DNA from: Azolla caroliniana
Lineage: Eukaryota > Plantae > Polypodiophyta
Reading direction: 5' to 3'
NCBI GenBank assembly: GCA_043228905.1
Contig: JBHGNT010000010.1
Span: forward strand, 15,624,001-15,688,000
DNA: 64,000 bases
Under the pieces are notes generated by a model that did no database searches, was not told the origin of the DNA, and saw only the letters and a list, made by a program, of their open reading frames with translations. Positions 10,876 to 23,012 of the stretch are shown here, one piece after another. The stretch's first letter is position 1. Every line of letters starts with the position of its first letter. The position numbers and the translations under genes are program-made.

Positions 10876-13800
10876 TCATTCCTCGCCCGTCGGTTCATCC
10901 TCGTTTTCGGATCGTTCGTCACTGCCGACCAGGAGAGCCGGGTCTGGCTCGTCGTCGTGTCGCTTCTTGAACGCTTTGATCCGCTTCCCTGCAACCGGTA
11001 TCGTCATTCTCGTGCCGTCGAGTTCCGCCAGGTGGTATGTCCCGTTGTCATTGGCGCTCTGTACCACGTAAGGCCCGAACCACCTTCGTGCGAACTTCCG
11101 TGTAGCTCGGTGCTGGTTGTCGAGGCTGCTATCGTAGACGAGCACCCAGTCACCTTCTTCGATTTTCTTCGGTCGGAGCCGGTGCGTTCGGTCGAACCTG
11201 GCTTTGTTCTTTTTCCTCGCTACTCGGAGCTTCTCCGTAGCCAGTTCCACGTCCTCCGGTCTCCGCTCGAGCTGTCGTATGCGCGCGGCCAACAACTCCT
11301 CCCGGCTCATCTCGTCCCTCCAGTCGACCGTTGCCCACGAGGAGATCGTCCGTTCCATCGGCATGATCGGCTTCTGGCCGAACATGAGCTCTGTCGGCAT
11401 GTACCCGGTTACCGAACTGTGCGTGGTCCGGTCTGCCCACAAAGCATAAGGTAGCAGCCGCGGCCAGTCACCGACTCGGCCTCCGCATGCCCGAACCAAC
11501 GCCTTGACGATCGGTCCGTGTCCTCGCTCCACCTTTCCATTCGCCTCCGGATTGTACGCAGTGGTGAGCGAGAGCTTGACTCCCAGCCGGTCGAACAGCT
11601 CCGCGGCTTCTTCGGCGTCCAACTCCCCTCGGTCAGCCACGATCTTCCCGACGCACCCGTACCGGCATATCACGTCCTCGATTAGGAACCGGCATACGGC
11701 CGCGGTCGTTTTGTTCGGAAGGGCCCGGCCTTCCACCTGGTTCGTCAGATCCTCCCGCGCTAGGACCAGGTACCGCATCTGTCCTACTCCCATTGGCATC
11801 GTTACTAGATCTACCATCCATTTGAAATGGATGGCCGGAGGGTACGTAGGGTGAAGCTCGTCTCGATGTCGGACTACGGAGTGCATCTGGCAGCTCTCGC
11901 AAGTTGTCACGAACCGATGCACGTCCTGGTACTACCCCGGCCACCAATACTTCCCCTTCAGTTTCTCAAACGTAGCCCATGTTCCACGGTGTCCAGCCCA
12001 AGGGCTGTCGTGGTAGGCCGTCAGCAGCTCCTCCTGTTCTTCCTTCATCGCCACCACCCGGAGCGGAACGCCGTCCTTCTTCTTCGGGTGCTTCCATAGA
12101 TAGCCATCCCGGAGAAAGAACCGGTACGCTTTCTTCCGGATCCGGTTGGCCTCGTCCTTCGTCCATGACGCATCGGGCGTCATTGTCTTCAGAAACCCAC
12201 CGATCTGCAGCCACTCCCCGTCGTACTTGCTCGCGTCGAAGTCGTTAAGCGCCGGAGTGCTTGTTCCGTCGGTTGCTACATACGCAGTCTCGAAGAAGTC
12301 CACGCCGACGTCTTCGTCCTCCGAAACCATGCCGCCCTCGTCATCGAATCTTGCCCTTGAAAGCATGTCGGCCATGGCGTTGTCTTTCCCGGAAATGTGT
12401 CGTATTTCCGGGTCCAGGGACTTGATGTACGCTATCCACCTGAGCATTGCCAGGTCCGGCGTCGCGCATCCGGAAATCATGCCGAGAATCGGCATGCAAT
12501 CCGTCTCTATAATTACCTCTGTCCCGATCAGATAGTCCTTGTCGGCCTTCACCGCCGAAACAATACCCCAGAGCTCGCGTTTAACCTGGGCGTATCCTCG
12601 CTGCCGTTCGCTGAGGACCTTCGCACCGAATCGGACCGGAAACCGATTGCCGTCCTCATCTTCTTGGTTGACGACCCACCCGATTCCGGTCGGACTCGTG
12701 TCAACCGTTATGTACACTGGGGTGCCCTTCCTGTAGACGGCCTTTCGGAGCGCCGGTGCTGCCGAAAGAGCCTCCTTCAGCTTCCGGACCGACTCCGTGT
12801 GCTTGTCTAGCCATTCGAATCTTCGCCCTTTCTTCAATAACCCGTACAGCGGCTCCGCGACGTGCGCGTAATGCGGGATCCATATGTGGTAGAATGCGCA
12901 TGCCCCCAGGAATCTTCGTACTTCCGTGACCGAGCTGCAGTCGGGCTTCATCGCGGAGATGGCTTCTACCTTTGCCGGAGACGGTTTCCGGCCATACGGC
13001 CCACATAAGTGTCCGACCACCATGATTTCCGACTGCCCGAAGGCTGATTTCTCCCCCGAGAAGGTTAGCCGCGCATCCTCTAGCCTTTGCAGCACCTTCT
13101 CGCAGTCGTCGATGTGCGTTACCACGAATCGCCGGCATCCGTCCGGCCCGATCGTCTCGTCCTTCTCTTCTACCGGGCATCCCTTGATCGGGATGTCGTC
13201 TAGAAACGGCATGGTGATGTCCGGGATGCAGTCCCTCAGCACCTTGTTCATTGCATTCACCATGTGGGCCACCGAGTTGGTCCCTCCTTGCGGCAGCGTA
13301 CACATCCGCACTAGGCCGAGGGGAGTTCGCATCGTCGTAATGTCTCTGCTCTCCACGGCTAGCTGGAACTGGTCGTACCCTGAATATAGATCACCGACCG
13401 AGTAAATCGACCTTCCGGCGAAGGCCTCCGCGAACTCATCTATGGTCGGTCCGATCCCTGCGTTCCGAATGGTCACCCTATTGACCGGTTGCAGGTCCTG
13501 AATGAAGCGCAACGATCCGTTTTTCTTTGGTACGGTAAACCACCGGTTCGAGTACGGGGCGCTCGACGGCTCGAGAATGCCCATATCGACTTTCTGCTTC
13601 AACACCTCCATCAACTTCGGGATGTGAGCTCTCGGAACCGGAATTGGCTTGAGATTCCACGGTACATGCGGTACCGTGAATATCACCATCGGCTCTACGG
13701 TCGTCGGGTCTACGCACCCGATTTCCTCCGGTGAGAATGCGAAGGCTTTCCCGTGCCTTCCGAGCATTCTCCGGAACCGGTCTTCCTCCGCCGGCAGTAG

Positions 13801-14364
13801 GAACCCGCCCCCACCGATCTTCAGCTCACGGAGCGTCTCGTTGGTGAAGGTGTGTCCTATGCAGGCCGGATCCCGTAAGCTGGGGTCCGATGCAACCCCT
13901 TTGATTCGGGATTCGCTGCCCTCCGGTAGGGGCGCCGCAACTGGCCTCACCTTCCGGTCCACAGTCTTGTACTTGGTGCTAACTCGGGCCGTCCGTTCCG
14001 ACTCGAGCCCTCGACCGAAGTCCGCGATGACTTCGTACATTTCTTCTGAACATACCGGTATCGCCCGGTCCTCGATAAGGTCTTCTTCGACTACCCTCCC
14101 CAGCATTCCCAAGGTGTCGTCGAAGGAGACTGCCTCCACGGCTCCGTTGATTTCTTCGTCAGGGCCGAGAACTCCGCACGCCCGAAGTCTCCCCTCCGTC
14201 TTGGTTTTCTCTCGGCCGGTGATGCCGACCAACGCACATGCTCCGCTGTCGGAGAAGCAAAATTTCCTACCTATTGTACACGGTTTTTTCGTACAGATGT
14301 GGGGTTTTCCCGGAGCATCCGGACTGTCGCGGCCCCACGCCTTGGCAGTCCTCTCTAAAAATCC
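10876..14364 (-). CDS. pol: B' Pol (RT-RNaseH-integrase) in the -1 frame, with one in-frame TAG at 11932-11934
   Basis: The 766-aa and 348-aa ORFs share a frame, separated only by CCG GGG TAG TAC; the frame is open upstream to the GGATTTT site. Confidence 0.85.
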
Positions 14365-16481
14365 TCTCGGTTTTCGGAACCGAGGGAGTCGCGGTTACGT
14401 TCGTGGTTCGGCCGTACCGTCAGAAACTGGACCGAATGGCGCCCGTCTTGGCTTTTGACCCTCGCGTAGGCCGAACCGTTGTCCAGCACCTTGGTCTCCA
14501 TCCGCGCCGCCGTGATGTACGGCTCTCCCAGTATGACCGGATGCGAAGATGTCTCCTGCACGAAGAAGTGCTGGTCAATCTCGACGTCGCCGATCTTGAC
14601 TCGCACATTCGGACAGGCCCCGTGCAGCTCCTCGGTGGCACGCGTTGCCGCCCTTATTTTCCACCCGTGCTTGGTGTTGATCGGCCATTTGCCCTTTTTA
14701 TAGAAGTCCATGGACATCAAGTTGATCTCCGATCCGTGGTCCACCAAAGCTATCACCGGTTCCTGGACATCGCCGATCTTCACCGGGGTTTCCGTGGTCG
14801 CTCGGGCCCAGTGTGGTCTCGAATAGTGGCTTTCCGCCCACTCGTCTCCCAGCGCCATGTCGTCTAGGTGCGTCGTCCGCACTTCCACTGGTCTTTCCGG
14901 TTCTGTCTCCGTTGACAGCCTCTTCCGTTTCACCAAGTCCACGATGGAGTCGTGGAACTCCTTCTTGGCGATTCCCAGCACCTCTCGTAACGACAGCTCC
15001 ACCTTGCTGTCGAGGATCCGTTCCTCCAGGACCTTTCGTAAGTCCGTGGTCCTTTCTATCTCCGTCCCCAGACGGTACCCGCCCTTCTGGGGTTTATCTT
15101 TCGTACCGGCCCCGCCGGCTTCGTCCCGTCGTGGCCCGGACCGGGTCTCGTATCGTTGTGAGGGCCCGGTCGTCCCGGGTTTCCCCACCCGCTTCTCTTC
15201 TACCAGAGCCTCGTAGTTCTGGCAAGCGGCTTCCACGAAGCCCGTCCTTTCCTCGACCGGGTCGCTCCACCCGGTTATCTCCCGTACTCGTTTCTCCGCG
15301 CGGTCCGATTCCTCCCCTTTAAGCCTCGCACCGGCAAGGCCTCCCAGCATCGTCGGCCAGAATCCGGCTTTGCTTTCCTTTTGGGCCTCGCCGCCCCCGA
15401 CTCGAATGCCGGCCGACGCCGAGTAGTGGACGGTTTCCGCGTGTCGGGCCGCTGCCTCTTCCATCAACCTTTTCATACCACCTCGCCCGTCGTTTCGGCT
15501 CAGGGCCCTTCGGGTGTCGCTGGCATGCACCCGCCCTTCCCACAGGTACACCACCCTGTCCCTTAGCGCCTCCGCGAAGTCGCCGCAGTCCTTCCGAATG
15601 TGGCCGACTTCATCGCACCACATGCACCTGTTTCCTGCCGCCGGCCGTCGGTCACGAGCCGGTTCGCTACCTTCCCTTCGGGCTTGCGCGATTTGGAGGT
15701 CCTTTACCGCCTTCGTCAATTCCTCCAGCGCCGCTCCTCCGGTTGAGCCTCTGACTACGCCGGTCGAAGCCGAACCGGTTTCCAACCACTCTCGGGTCTC
15801 TTCCTTCCGCACCTGTGGCGCTGGTTCGAACTTCCTTGCTGCGACCGAGCCCGACCCGGTTACCCCGTTATCCGCCCATTCTCGCCGTTTGTCGAAACGG
15901 CCACAGACCTTCTTGACAGCCGCCCAGTCGGTAGTGAGCCCGTCTTCGGTTTCCAGCAAGAGGCCCACTTGCTCCCGATCCCGCTCGTCGACCGACTTGA
16001 CAAACAGCAAGACCCGGCTCGTGTCCAGGATGGTTCGGTCGAGCGCCGAAAGGCGCGCAAAGTTTTCCTCGAACTCCCGGAGGAGTGCCGACGCGTTTCT
16101 TCCCTTCCCCGGGGACTCCACCCATTCCATGAACCTTCGCTTCGAAAGCCGGAGCGCGTCGTCCAGCCCGTATTTCTCTAGGAGCCGGCCTTCGAACTCC
16201 TCCCAGGTACGGCTCTCCGCCCGCACCTCGAGCACCTCCGCATGGATGCTCGGCATTGCCACTCGGGGAAATCCGGCAAGACGCCTTTCTTCCGGAATGT
16301 CCCGCATCAACATTTCTGCACCGTAGGACGCCAGATACTTCGTGGCATCCCTCCCATCGAACCGGCCGATCGTGCCGACGACCGCCTCAATAGCTCTGTC
16401 GAGGGCACCGGTGCCCTCGCGCGCGTTTACAATCCGATCCACGGCCGAAGCCATGGCTTCTGCAAGATCCGACCCCCTCAT
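14355..16481 (-). CDS. gag: B' Gag-protease polyprotein (intact ORF1)
   Basis: Uninterrupted frame (717 aa in the ORF track; first ATG at 16481) with CMWCDEVGHIRKDC knuckle and LVDHGSEIN aspartic protease, ending REDF*. Confidence 0.88.
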   Translation of the reverse strand: MRGSDLAEAMASAVDRIVNAREGTGALDRAIEAVVGTIGRFDGRDATKYLASYGAEMLMRDIPEERRLAGFPRVAMPSIHAEVLEVRAESRTWEEFEGRLLEKYGLDDALRLSKRRFMEWVESPGKGRNASALLREFEENFARLSALDRTILDTSRVLLFVKSVDERDREQVGLLLETEDGLTTDWAAVKKVCGRFDKRREWADNGVTGSGSVAARKFEPAPQVRKEETREWLETGSASTGVVRGSTGGAALEELTKAVKDLQIAQARREGSEPARDRRPAAGNRCMWCDEVGHIRKDCGDFAEALRDRVVYLWEGRVHASDTRRALSRNDGRGGMKRLMEEAAARHAETVHYSASAGIRVGGGEAQKESKAGFWPTMLGGLAGARLKGEESDRAEKRVREITGWSDPVEERTGFVEAACQNYEALVEEKRVGKPGTTGPSQRYETRSGPRRDEAGGAGTKDKPQKGGYRLGTEIERTTDLRKVLEERILDSKVELSLREVLGIAKKEFHDSIVDLVKRKRLSTETEPERPVEVRTTHLDDMALGDEWAESHYSRPHWARATTETPVKIGDVQEPVIALVDHGSEINLMSMDFYKKGKWPINTKHGWKIRAATRATEELHGACPNVRVKIGDVEIDQHFFVQETSSHPVILGEPYITAARMETKVLDNGSAYARVKSQDGRHSVQFLTVRPNHERNRDSLGSENREDF

Positions 16482-17339
16482 CTTCTGCTCTTCTGCCGCC
16501 TCTTTCACGTCGGGTTCACCAAAGATGTCGAGATATTACGCAAGTGCGTGTGGAATCGAGGCGGGACCGCGGGGGTCTCGAACCAAAGAGCAAGCGTGGG
16601 AGGAGAAAGAGAGAGAACCGGCTACGCAGGACCGGGGATACACAGGGACACGGCCCTTCAGCACGGAGAACGCGAACAGAGACCGACACAGACAGATGCG
16701 AATGACTTAATATGTATATTAAGAAAATGGCTAACACTACTACAACCCTCGATGGGGCACAGGTTGGTTACAACCGAACAGGCCGGCGAACAGATGCCGA
16801 TGCCTGCTCGCTTCGACGCACAAAACGGGCAAAAAAAAGGGGGGGGGGTAGCCGGTTGGAGGCGCTGCCGGAAGCACTCGGGCGTTCCTCGAAACAGCGC
16901 GAGCCTCCTCGGAACCCTGCACAGAAAGCTATGGAGCTCAAGAAGGAAGGAAACAGAGAGAGAGAAGCGTCCAGAAACGGTCCGACAGCACTTCGTCCTC
17001 TCCGCGCGAGATCCCCCTGCAACAGCTCTTTCCTGCTCTTATATAGCCCGACGAGCAGGCCGTCCTGTCATCTTTATTCCCTGTCCCTTTCGAACAGGGA
17101 TCCGCTCCGTTCTTCGCGCATCCGCGTAGTTACGCCGCCGACTCGTGCCGTCCCTTAGCTCGCGCGCGCGACCGAAAAGACTGTTCGCGCGGTCTTTGTC
17201 TCTACCTATGTTAGGGCCCGTTCCTGCCGATTATCCCCCTAACTCGCTTCTTCGTACTACTTGGAGCTTGCGCGCGTGAAGAACCGGTTCCCACGCCTAG
17301 GTGCGCCGATTCCGCCTATGGACGGTTTTCTTCACGACA

Positions 17340-19853
17340 TCCGCCCCCACCTAACCGCGCATCCTCCGGTATGCGCCAAGAGAGTTGGGACTGAGAAAAC
17401 CGGCCCGTCTTCATTCCTCGCCCGTCGGTTCATCCTCGTTTTCGGATCGTTCGTCACTGCCGACCAGGAGAGCCGGGTCTGGCTCGTCGTCGTGTCGCTT
17501 CTTGAACGCTTTGATCCGCTTCCCTGCAACCGGTATCGTCATTCTCGTGCCGTCGAGTTCCGCCAGGTGGTATGTCCCGTTGTCATTGGCGCTCTGTACC
17601 ACGTAAGGCCCGAACCACCTTCGTGCGAACTTCCGTGTAGCTCGGTGCTGGTTGTCGAGGCTGCTATCGTAGACGAGCACCCAGTCACCTTCTTCGATTT
17701 TCTTCGGTCGGAGCCGGTGCGTTCGGTCGAACCTGGCTTTGTTCTTTTTCCTCGCTACTCGGAGCTTCTCCGTAGCCAGTTCCACGTCCTCCGGTCTCCG
17801 CTCGAGCTGTCGTATGCGCGCGGCCAACAACTCCTCCCGGCTCATCTCGTCCCTCCAGTCGACCGTTGCCCACGAGGAGATCGTCCGTTCCATCGGCATG
17901 ATCGGCTTCTGGCCGAACATGAGCTCTGTCGGCATGTACCCGGTTACCGAACTGTGCGTGGTCCGGTCTGCCCACAAAGCATAAGGTAGCAGCCGCGGCC
18001 AGTCACCGACTCGGCCTCCGCATGCCCGAACCAACGCCTTGACGATCGGTCCGTGTCCTCGCTCCACCTTTCCATTCGCCTCCGGATTGTACGCAGTGGT
18101 GAAGTACTGGTGGCGGGGACTGTACCGGGACGTGCATCGGTTCGTGACAACTTGTAAGAGCTGTCAGATACACTCCATAGTCCGACATCGGGACGAGCTT
18201 CACCCTACATACCCTCCGGCCATCCACTTCAAATGGATGGTAGATTTGGTGACGATGCCGATGGGCGTAGGGCAGATGCGATATCTGGTGTTGGCCCGGG
18301 AGGACCTGACGAACCAGGTGGAAGGTTGAGCCCTGCAGAACAAAACGACCGTGGTCGTGTGTCGGTTCCTGATCGAGGACGTGATATGCCGGTACGGGTG
18401 CGTCGGGAAGATCGTGGTTGACCGCGGGGAGTTGGACGCCGAAGAGGCCAAGGAGTTGTTCGACCGGTTAGGGGTCAAGCTCTCGCTCACCACAGCGTAC
18501 AATCCCGGGGCGAACGGGAAGGTGGAGCGCGGACACGGACCGATCGTCAAAGCCCTAGTCCGGGCGTGCGGAGGCCAGGTCGGGAACTGGCCATGACTGT
18601 TACCTTATGCCTTGTGGGCGAACTGGACAACGCACAGTTCGGTAACCGGGTTCATGCCGTCAAAGCTCATGTTCGGACAGAAGCCGATCATGCCGATGGA
18701 ACGGACGATCTCCTCTTGGGCGACAGTGGAATGGAAAGACGAGATGAGCCGGGAAGAACTGCTAGCGGCGCGTATACGGCAGCTCGAGCGGAGGCCAGAG
18801 GACGTGGAACGAGCGGCGGAGAGACTTCGGACGGCGAGGATGAGGAACAAAGCCCGGTTCGACCGAACGCACCGGCTCCGACCAAAGAAAATCGAGGAAG
18901 GCGACTAGGTGCTAGTCTACGACAACAGCCTCGACAACCAGCACCGGGCAACACGGAAGTTTGCAAAGCGGTGGTTCGGGCCTTACGTGGTAACGAGCGC
19001 CAACGACAACGGGACGTATCACCTGGCGGAACTCGACGGTGTCGAGATATTACGCAAGTGCGTGTGGAATCGAGGCGGGACCGCGGGGGTCTCGAACCAA
19101 AGAGCAAGCGTGGGAGGAGAAAGAGAGAGAACCGGCTACGCAGGACCGGGGATACACAGGGACACGGCCCTTCAGCACGGAGAACGCGAACAGAGACCGA
19201 CACAGACAGATGCGAATGACTTAATATGTATATTAAGAAAATGGCTAACACTACTACAACCCTCGATGGGGCACAGGTTGGTTACAACCGAACAGGCCGG
19301 CGAACAGATGCCGATGCCTGCTCGCTTCGACGCACAAAACGGGCAAAAAAAAGGGGGGGGGGTAGCCGGTTGGAGGCGCTGCCGGAAGCACTCGGGCGTT
19401 CCTCGAAACAGCGCGAGCCTCCTCGGAACCCTGCACAGAAAGCTATGGAGCTCAAGAAGGAAGGAAACAGAGAGAGAGAAGCGTCCAGAAACGGTCCGAC
19501 AGCACTTCGTCCTCTCCGCGCGAGATCCCCCTGCAACAGCTCTTTCCTGCTCTTATATAGCCCGACGAGCAGGCCGTCCTGTCATCTTTATTCCCTGTCC
19601 CTTTCGAACAGGGATCCGCTCCGTTCTTCGCGCATCCGCGTAGTTACGCCGCCGACTCGTGCCGTCCCTTAGCTCGCGCGCGCGACCGAAAAGACTGTTC
19701 GCGCGGTCTTTGTCTCTACCTATGTTAGGGCCCGTTCCTGCCGATTATCCCCCTAACTCGCTTCTTCGTACTACTTGGAGCTTGCGCGCGTGAAGAACCG
19801 GTTCCCACGCCTAGGTGCGCCGATTCCGCCTATGGACGGTTTTCTTCACGACA
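17340..19853. repeat. Rearranged duplication: copy of 10805-11567, then copy of 9052-9990, then a third B' LTR
   Basis: Offsets of 6535 and 9049 read directly; junction at 18101-18102 with GA microhomology. Confidence 0.9.
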
Positions 19854-20736
19854 ACGGTACGAGGAAGGCGATACCGGTAGTAGGGAAGCGGATCAAAGCG
19901 TTCAAGAAGCGCCACGACGGCGAATCGGATCTAAGAGGCCTGGACAGCGACGACGGACAGTCCGAAACGGAGGACGAACGGATGGACGAGGAACCGGAAC
20001 CCGGACCGGTTTTCTCCAACCAGAACCCAATTGTGGCGCATACCGATGGATGCGCGGTTAGGTGGGGGCGGATGTCATGAAGAAAACCGTCCCTTAGCGC
20101 AATCGGTGCATAGCGCGCGTGAACCGGCTCTTCACGCGTGCGCGCCCTTTAATGTATATAATAGAGAATTAGGTACAAAGGTATATCCTAGGTAGTTAGA
20201 TTCGGTAGGTAGGAAGTTAATGAGGGAAACGGCTCCCTTCTTGAAGCTATAAAAGAGAGGGAGACGCGGGAGAGATGGGGGCATTTTTATTTAGAGAGGG
20301 AGGAGGATGAAGTGTTGTCGGACTGAAACCGAAGGCTTCTCCTCTGTTCGTCCTCCATCACTCTTCTCTGCAGGTTTTCGGGAGGCTCGCGCTGCTTCAA
20401 GGAACGCCCGTGTGCTTCCGACAGCACCTCCATCCTATCCCCTTTCGCGCGCAGACGAACAGGCATCGGCATCTGTTCGCCGGCCTGTTCGGTTGTAACC
20501 GCTCGCATGCTCTGTTGTTTATTTATCATTCGTTAATATACAAACATTTGTGTCTCTCTGTCTCTGTGTCCATTCGTGTCTTCTGCATTGACGGGCCGCG
20601 TCCTTGTGTTTCTTTGCTCATACGTAACCGAGTGTCTCTCTCTTTCTCTCTCCCCTTCTATCACCTGCTCTTCGGTTCAAGACCCCGGTGGTCCCGCCTC
20701 GTTTCTCCACGCACGCGCGTAGTAACGCGTCAACGG

Positions 20737-23012
20737 TTTGCACCATTGATCAAGACCTCATCCCCACTCTTAGACAACTTTCTTGCCTTCCTTGAGGAGC
20801 TTGAAGCCACATTTGGAGAGACATATCGACGACAAACAACACTCACGAAACTCTATTCCTTACAACAAGGCTCTCGTCCAGCTTCCGACTATGCTTCAGA
20901 GTTTCATCAGATCGCGTGTGATGTCAGCTGGGATGACCAAGCTTTATGCGACTAGTTTCGTCGAGGCCTCAGAAATTATGTCAAGACTCTTCTCTTAAAC
21001 TTTCCAGAGCTCACATCATTGTCCCAAGTAATCTCCCAAGCCATTCAATGTGATAATTGTCTTTTCGAGCTTCGACAAGAGGAACGGGGGACTCGAGGCT
21101 TTCCGTCTTCCTCCCGCAATGCTCCACACACAATGCCATATATATCAGTTTCGCCAAGCATGCCACGGTTGCCAGATTCCAATGATACTCATACCCCGAT
21201 GGAGGCTAACCCCCGTACCCTAATGGAGATCGAACATGCTCGGTTCCAACCATTAACCAATGTCCAACGACAACATCGACGTGACAATGGCCTCTGCCTC
21301 TATTGAGGTACCCCCGGCCATGTCATCCTCCATTGCCCGATGCGCAACCCACCCTCGTCATCAATCCCACCATGCACGTCTTGCATAGGTTTCTCGACAA
21401 CAAGAAAATGATCGTGCACGTCTTGCGGAGGTTTATGGACAATAGGAAAACGAGCAAGTCTGGTTGCAGTAGGAGCCATGCTGCTCGACACTTCCTGTCG
21501 CCCTACTTCTCTGTGCTCCTACAATTCAATCACGCCAACAGGAGGTTTTACTTTGCAAGTAAGTCTTTGTTTTGGGTCTATTTCAATAAAATCCCATGCC
21601 TTGCTTGATTTTGGTGCATCTACTTGTTTCATCGATATCGCGTTCGTCCGAACAAATAAAATCCCCATCGACCGCACAACACAACCCATATCCGTTGAAG
21701 CTATTGACGGACAGGTTCTCTCTTCGGGGGCAATTCTTGAAGCCACTGTCCCGTTGGTACTTCAAGTCAGGTTCCACCAAGAGGTATTAACATTCTATCT
21801 CATGCAACCCCTCGACATCCGATTGTTTTAGGGCTCTCATAGTTGGAAACACACAATCCGATGGTGGATTGGTGCAACCACTCCATTACCTTTCCACAAA
21901 CACCAACGCAGGTCTCTTCCGCAAACACTATTACTTGTGTGGGGGCTGCTTTCAGCTTGGGTGCACATTCTTCTAATTTCAACTCAATCTCCGATGTTGC
22001 CGATTCCGTTGTGGTCGATTCTAGCGTGGGCGTTTTTGTGCCCGTTTTGTCACAAGACGTCTCGGTTCCTGTCACCAATTTGCCCGCAAGATATAGGGAT
22101 TTTTTGGAGGTGTTTGAAAAGCTACCGGCACATTGCCCCTATGATTGCCCAATCGAACTCCAAGATGGCGCACATCCACCATTTGGGCCCATCTATGGGC
22201 TATCTGAACCCAAACTCGAGGCTCTTCACATATATCTAGATGAAAACCTCTCCAAGGGCTTAATTCAACCCTCCAAATCACCAATTGGGGCCCCAATCTT
22301 ATTTGTCAAGAAGAAGGATGACTCATTACGCCTATGTGTGGATTATCGAGATCTCAACAAAATTACGGTACATAATCGTTATCCCTTGCCTTTAATTCCA
22401 ACACTCCTTTACCAACTTCGAACCGGGCATATCTTCTTCAAAATCGACCTTCGGGGAGCCTACAATATGGTGCATATCAAGCTAGGAGACGAGTGGAAAA
22501 CTTCCTTCCGAACACGCTATGGACATTTCGAGTACAAGGTAATGCCTTTTGGTCTCACCAACGCCCCGATGGTCTTTCAACACATGATCAACAATATATT
22601 TTGGGAGTATCTCGATCACTTCGTGGTGATCTACCTTGACGACATTTTAGTTTTTTCTTCCAACATAGAGGAGCACACCCGACACATCCGACTGGTTCTA
22701 TCCAAACTTCGGGAACATGGACTTTACGCCAAAAGTGAGAAATGTGAATTCAATCATACCTCTGTCGAATTCCTAGGCTACGTGATTTCACCCTTCGGGA
22801 TCACAATGGATGCACGCAAAGTAGCGGCAAGAACCGGTTGGCCTGTCCCTACTCGATTGAAAGAGGTACAATCATTTCTCAGTTTTGCAAATTTCTATCG
22901 ACGATTTATCAATGGTTTTTCCTCTTTAGTGCAACCTCTAATCATCCTTACTAGAAAAGATACTCCATTTCTTTGGACCTCTGCGGCGCAAAGTGCTTTT
23001 GATGCCCTCAAG
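20737..23012 (+). pseudogene. Element A gag C-terminus, protease and reverse transcriptase
   Basis: Knuckle remnant GLCLY*GTPGHVILHCP; protease ALLDFGAS; [10 protein letters not shown]...MPFGLTNAP...YLDD. Confidence 0.88.

Larger units (their letters stand above)
9991..17339 (-). mobile_element. Element B': very young relative of B inserted antiparallel into B's integrase
   Basis: 814-bp LTRs 9991-10804 and 16526-17339, with a third copy at 19040-19853, all apparently identical; TSD ACGG at 9987-9990 and 19854-19857; PPT next to 10805; Trp PBS 16504-16521. Confidence 0.93.
3790..20732 (+). mobile_element. Element B: GC-rich non-chromovirus Ty3/gypsy (fungal-like; possibly the Phygy/Selgy group), decayed
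   Basis: 660-bp LTRs 3790-4449 and 20073-20732 (TGTC...CA; roughly 20+ substitutions by eye); 4-bp TSD GCGG/ACGG; tRNA-Trp PBS; PPT AGGTGGGGGCGGA; gag-PR then RT-RH-IN with stops and frameshifts. Confidence 0.92.

Noticed and set aside
4389-19672. Many overlapping and antisense ORFs (e.g. 13649-14458, 15514-16326, 16242-17129, 9860-10594)
   Set aside because: Shadow frames of GC-rich gag/pol or read-through into LTRs; no independent motifs.
21444-21490. GGAAAAC possible gag-pol slippery site in element A
   Set aside because: Plausible position, but the copy is too decayed and there is no second copy to test the structure.
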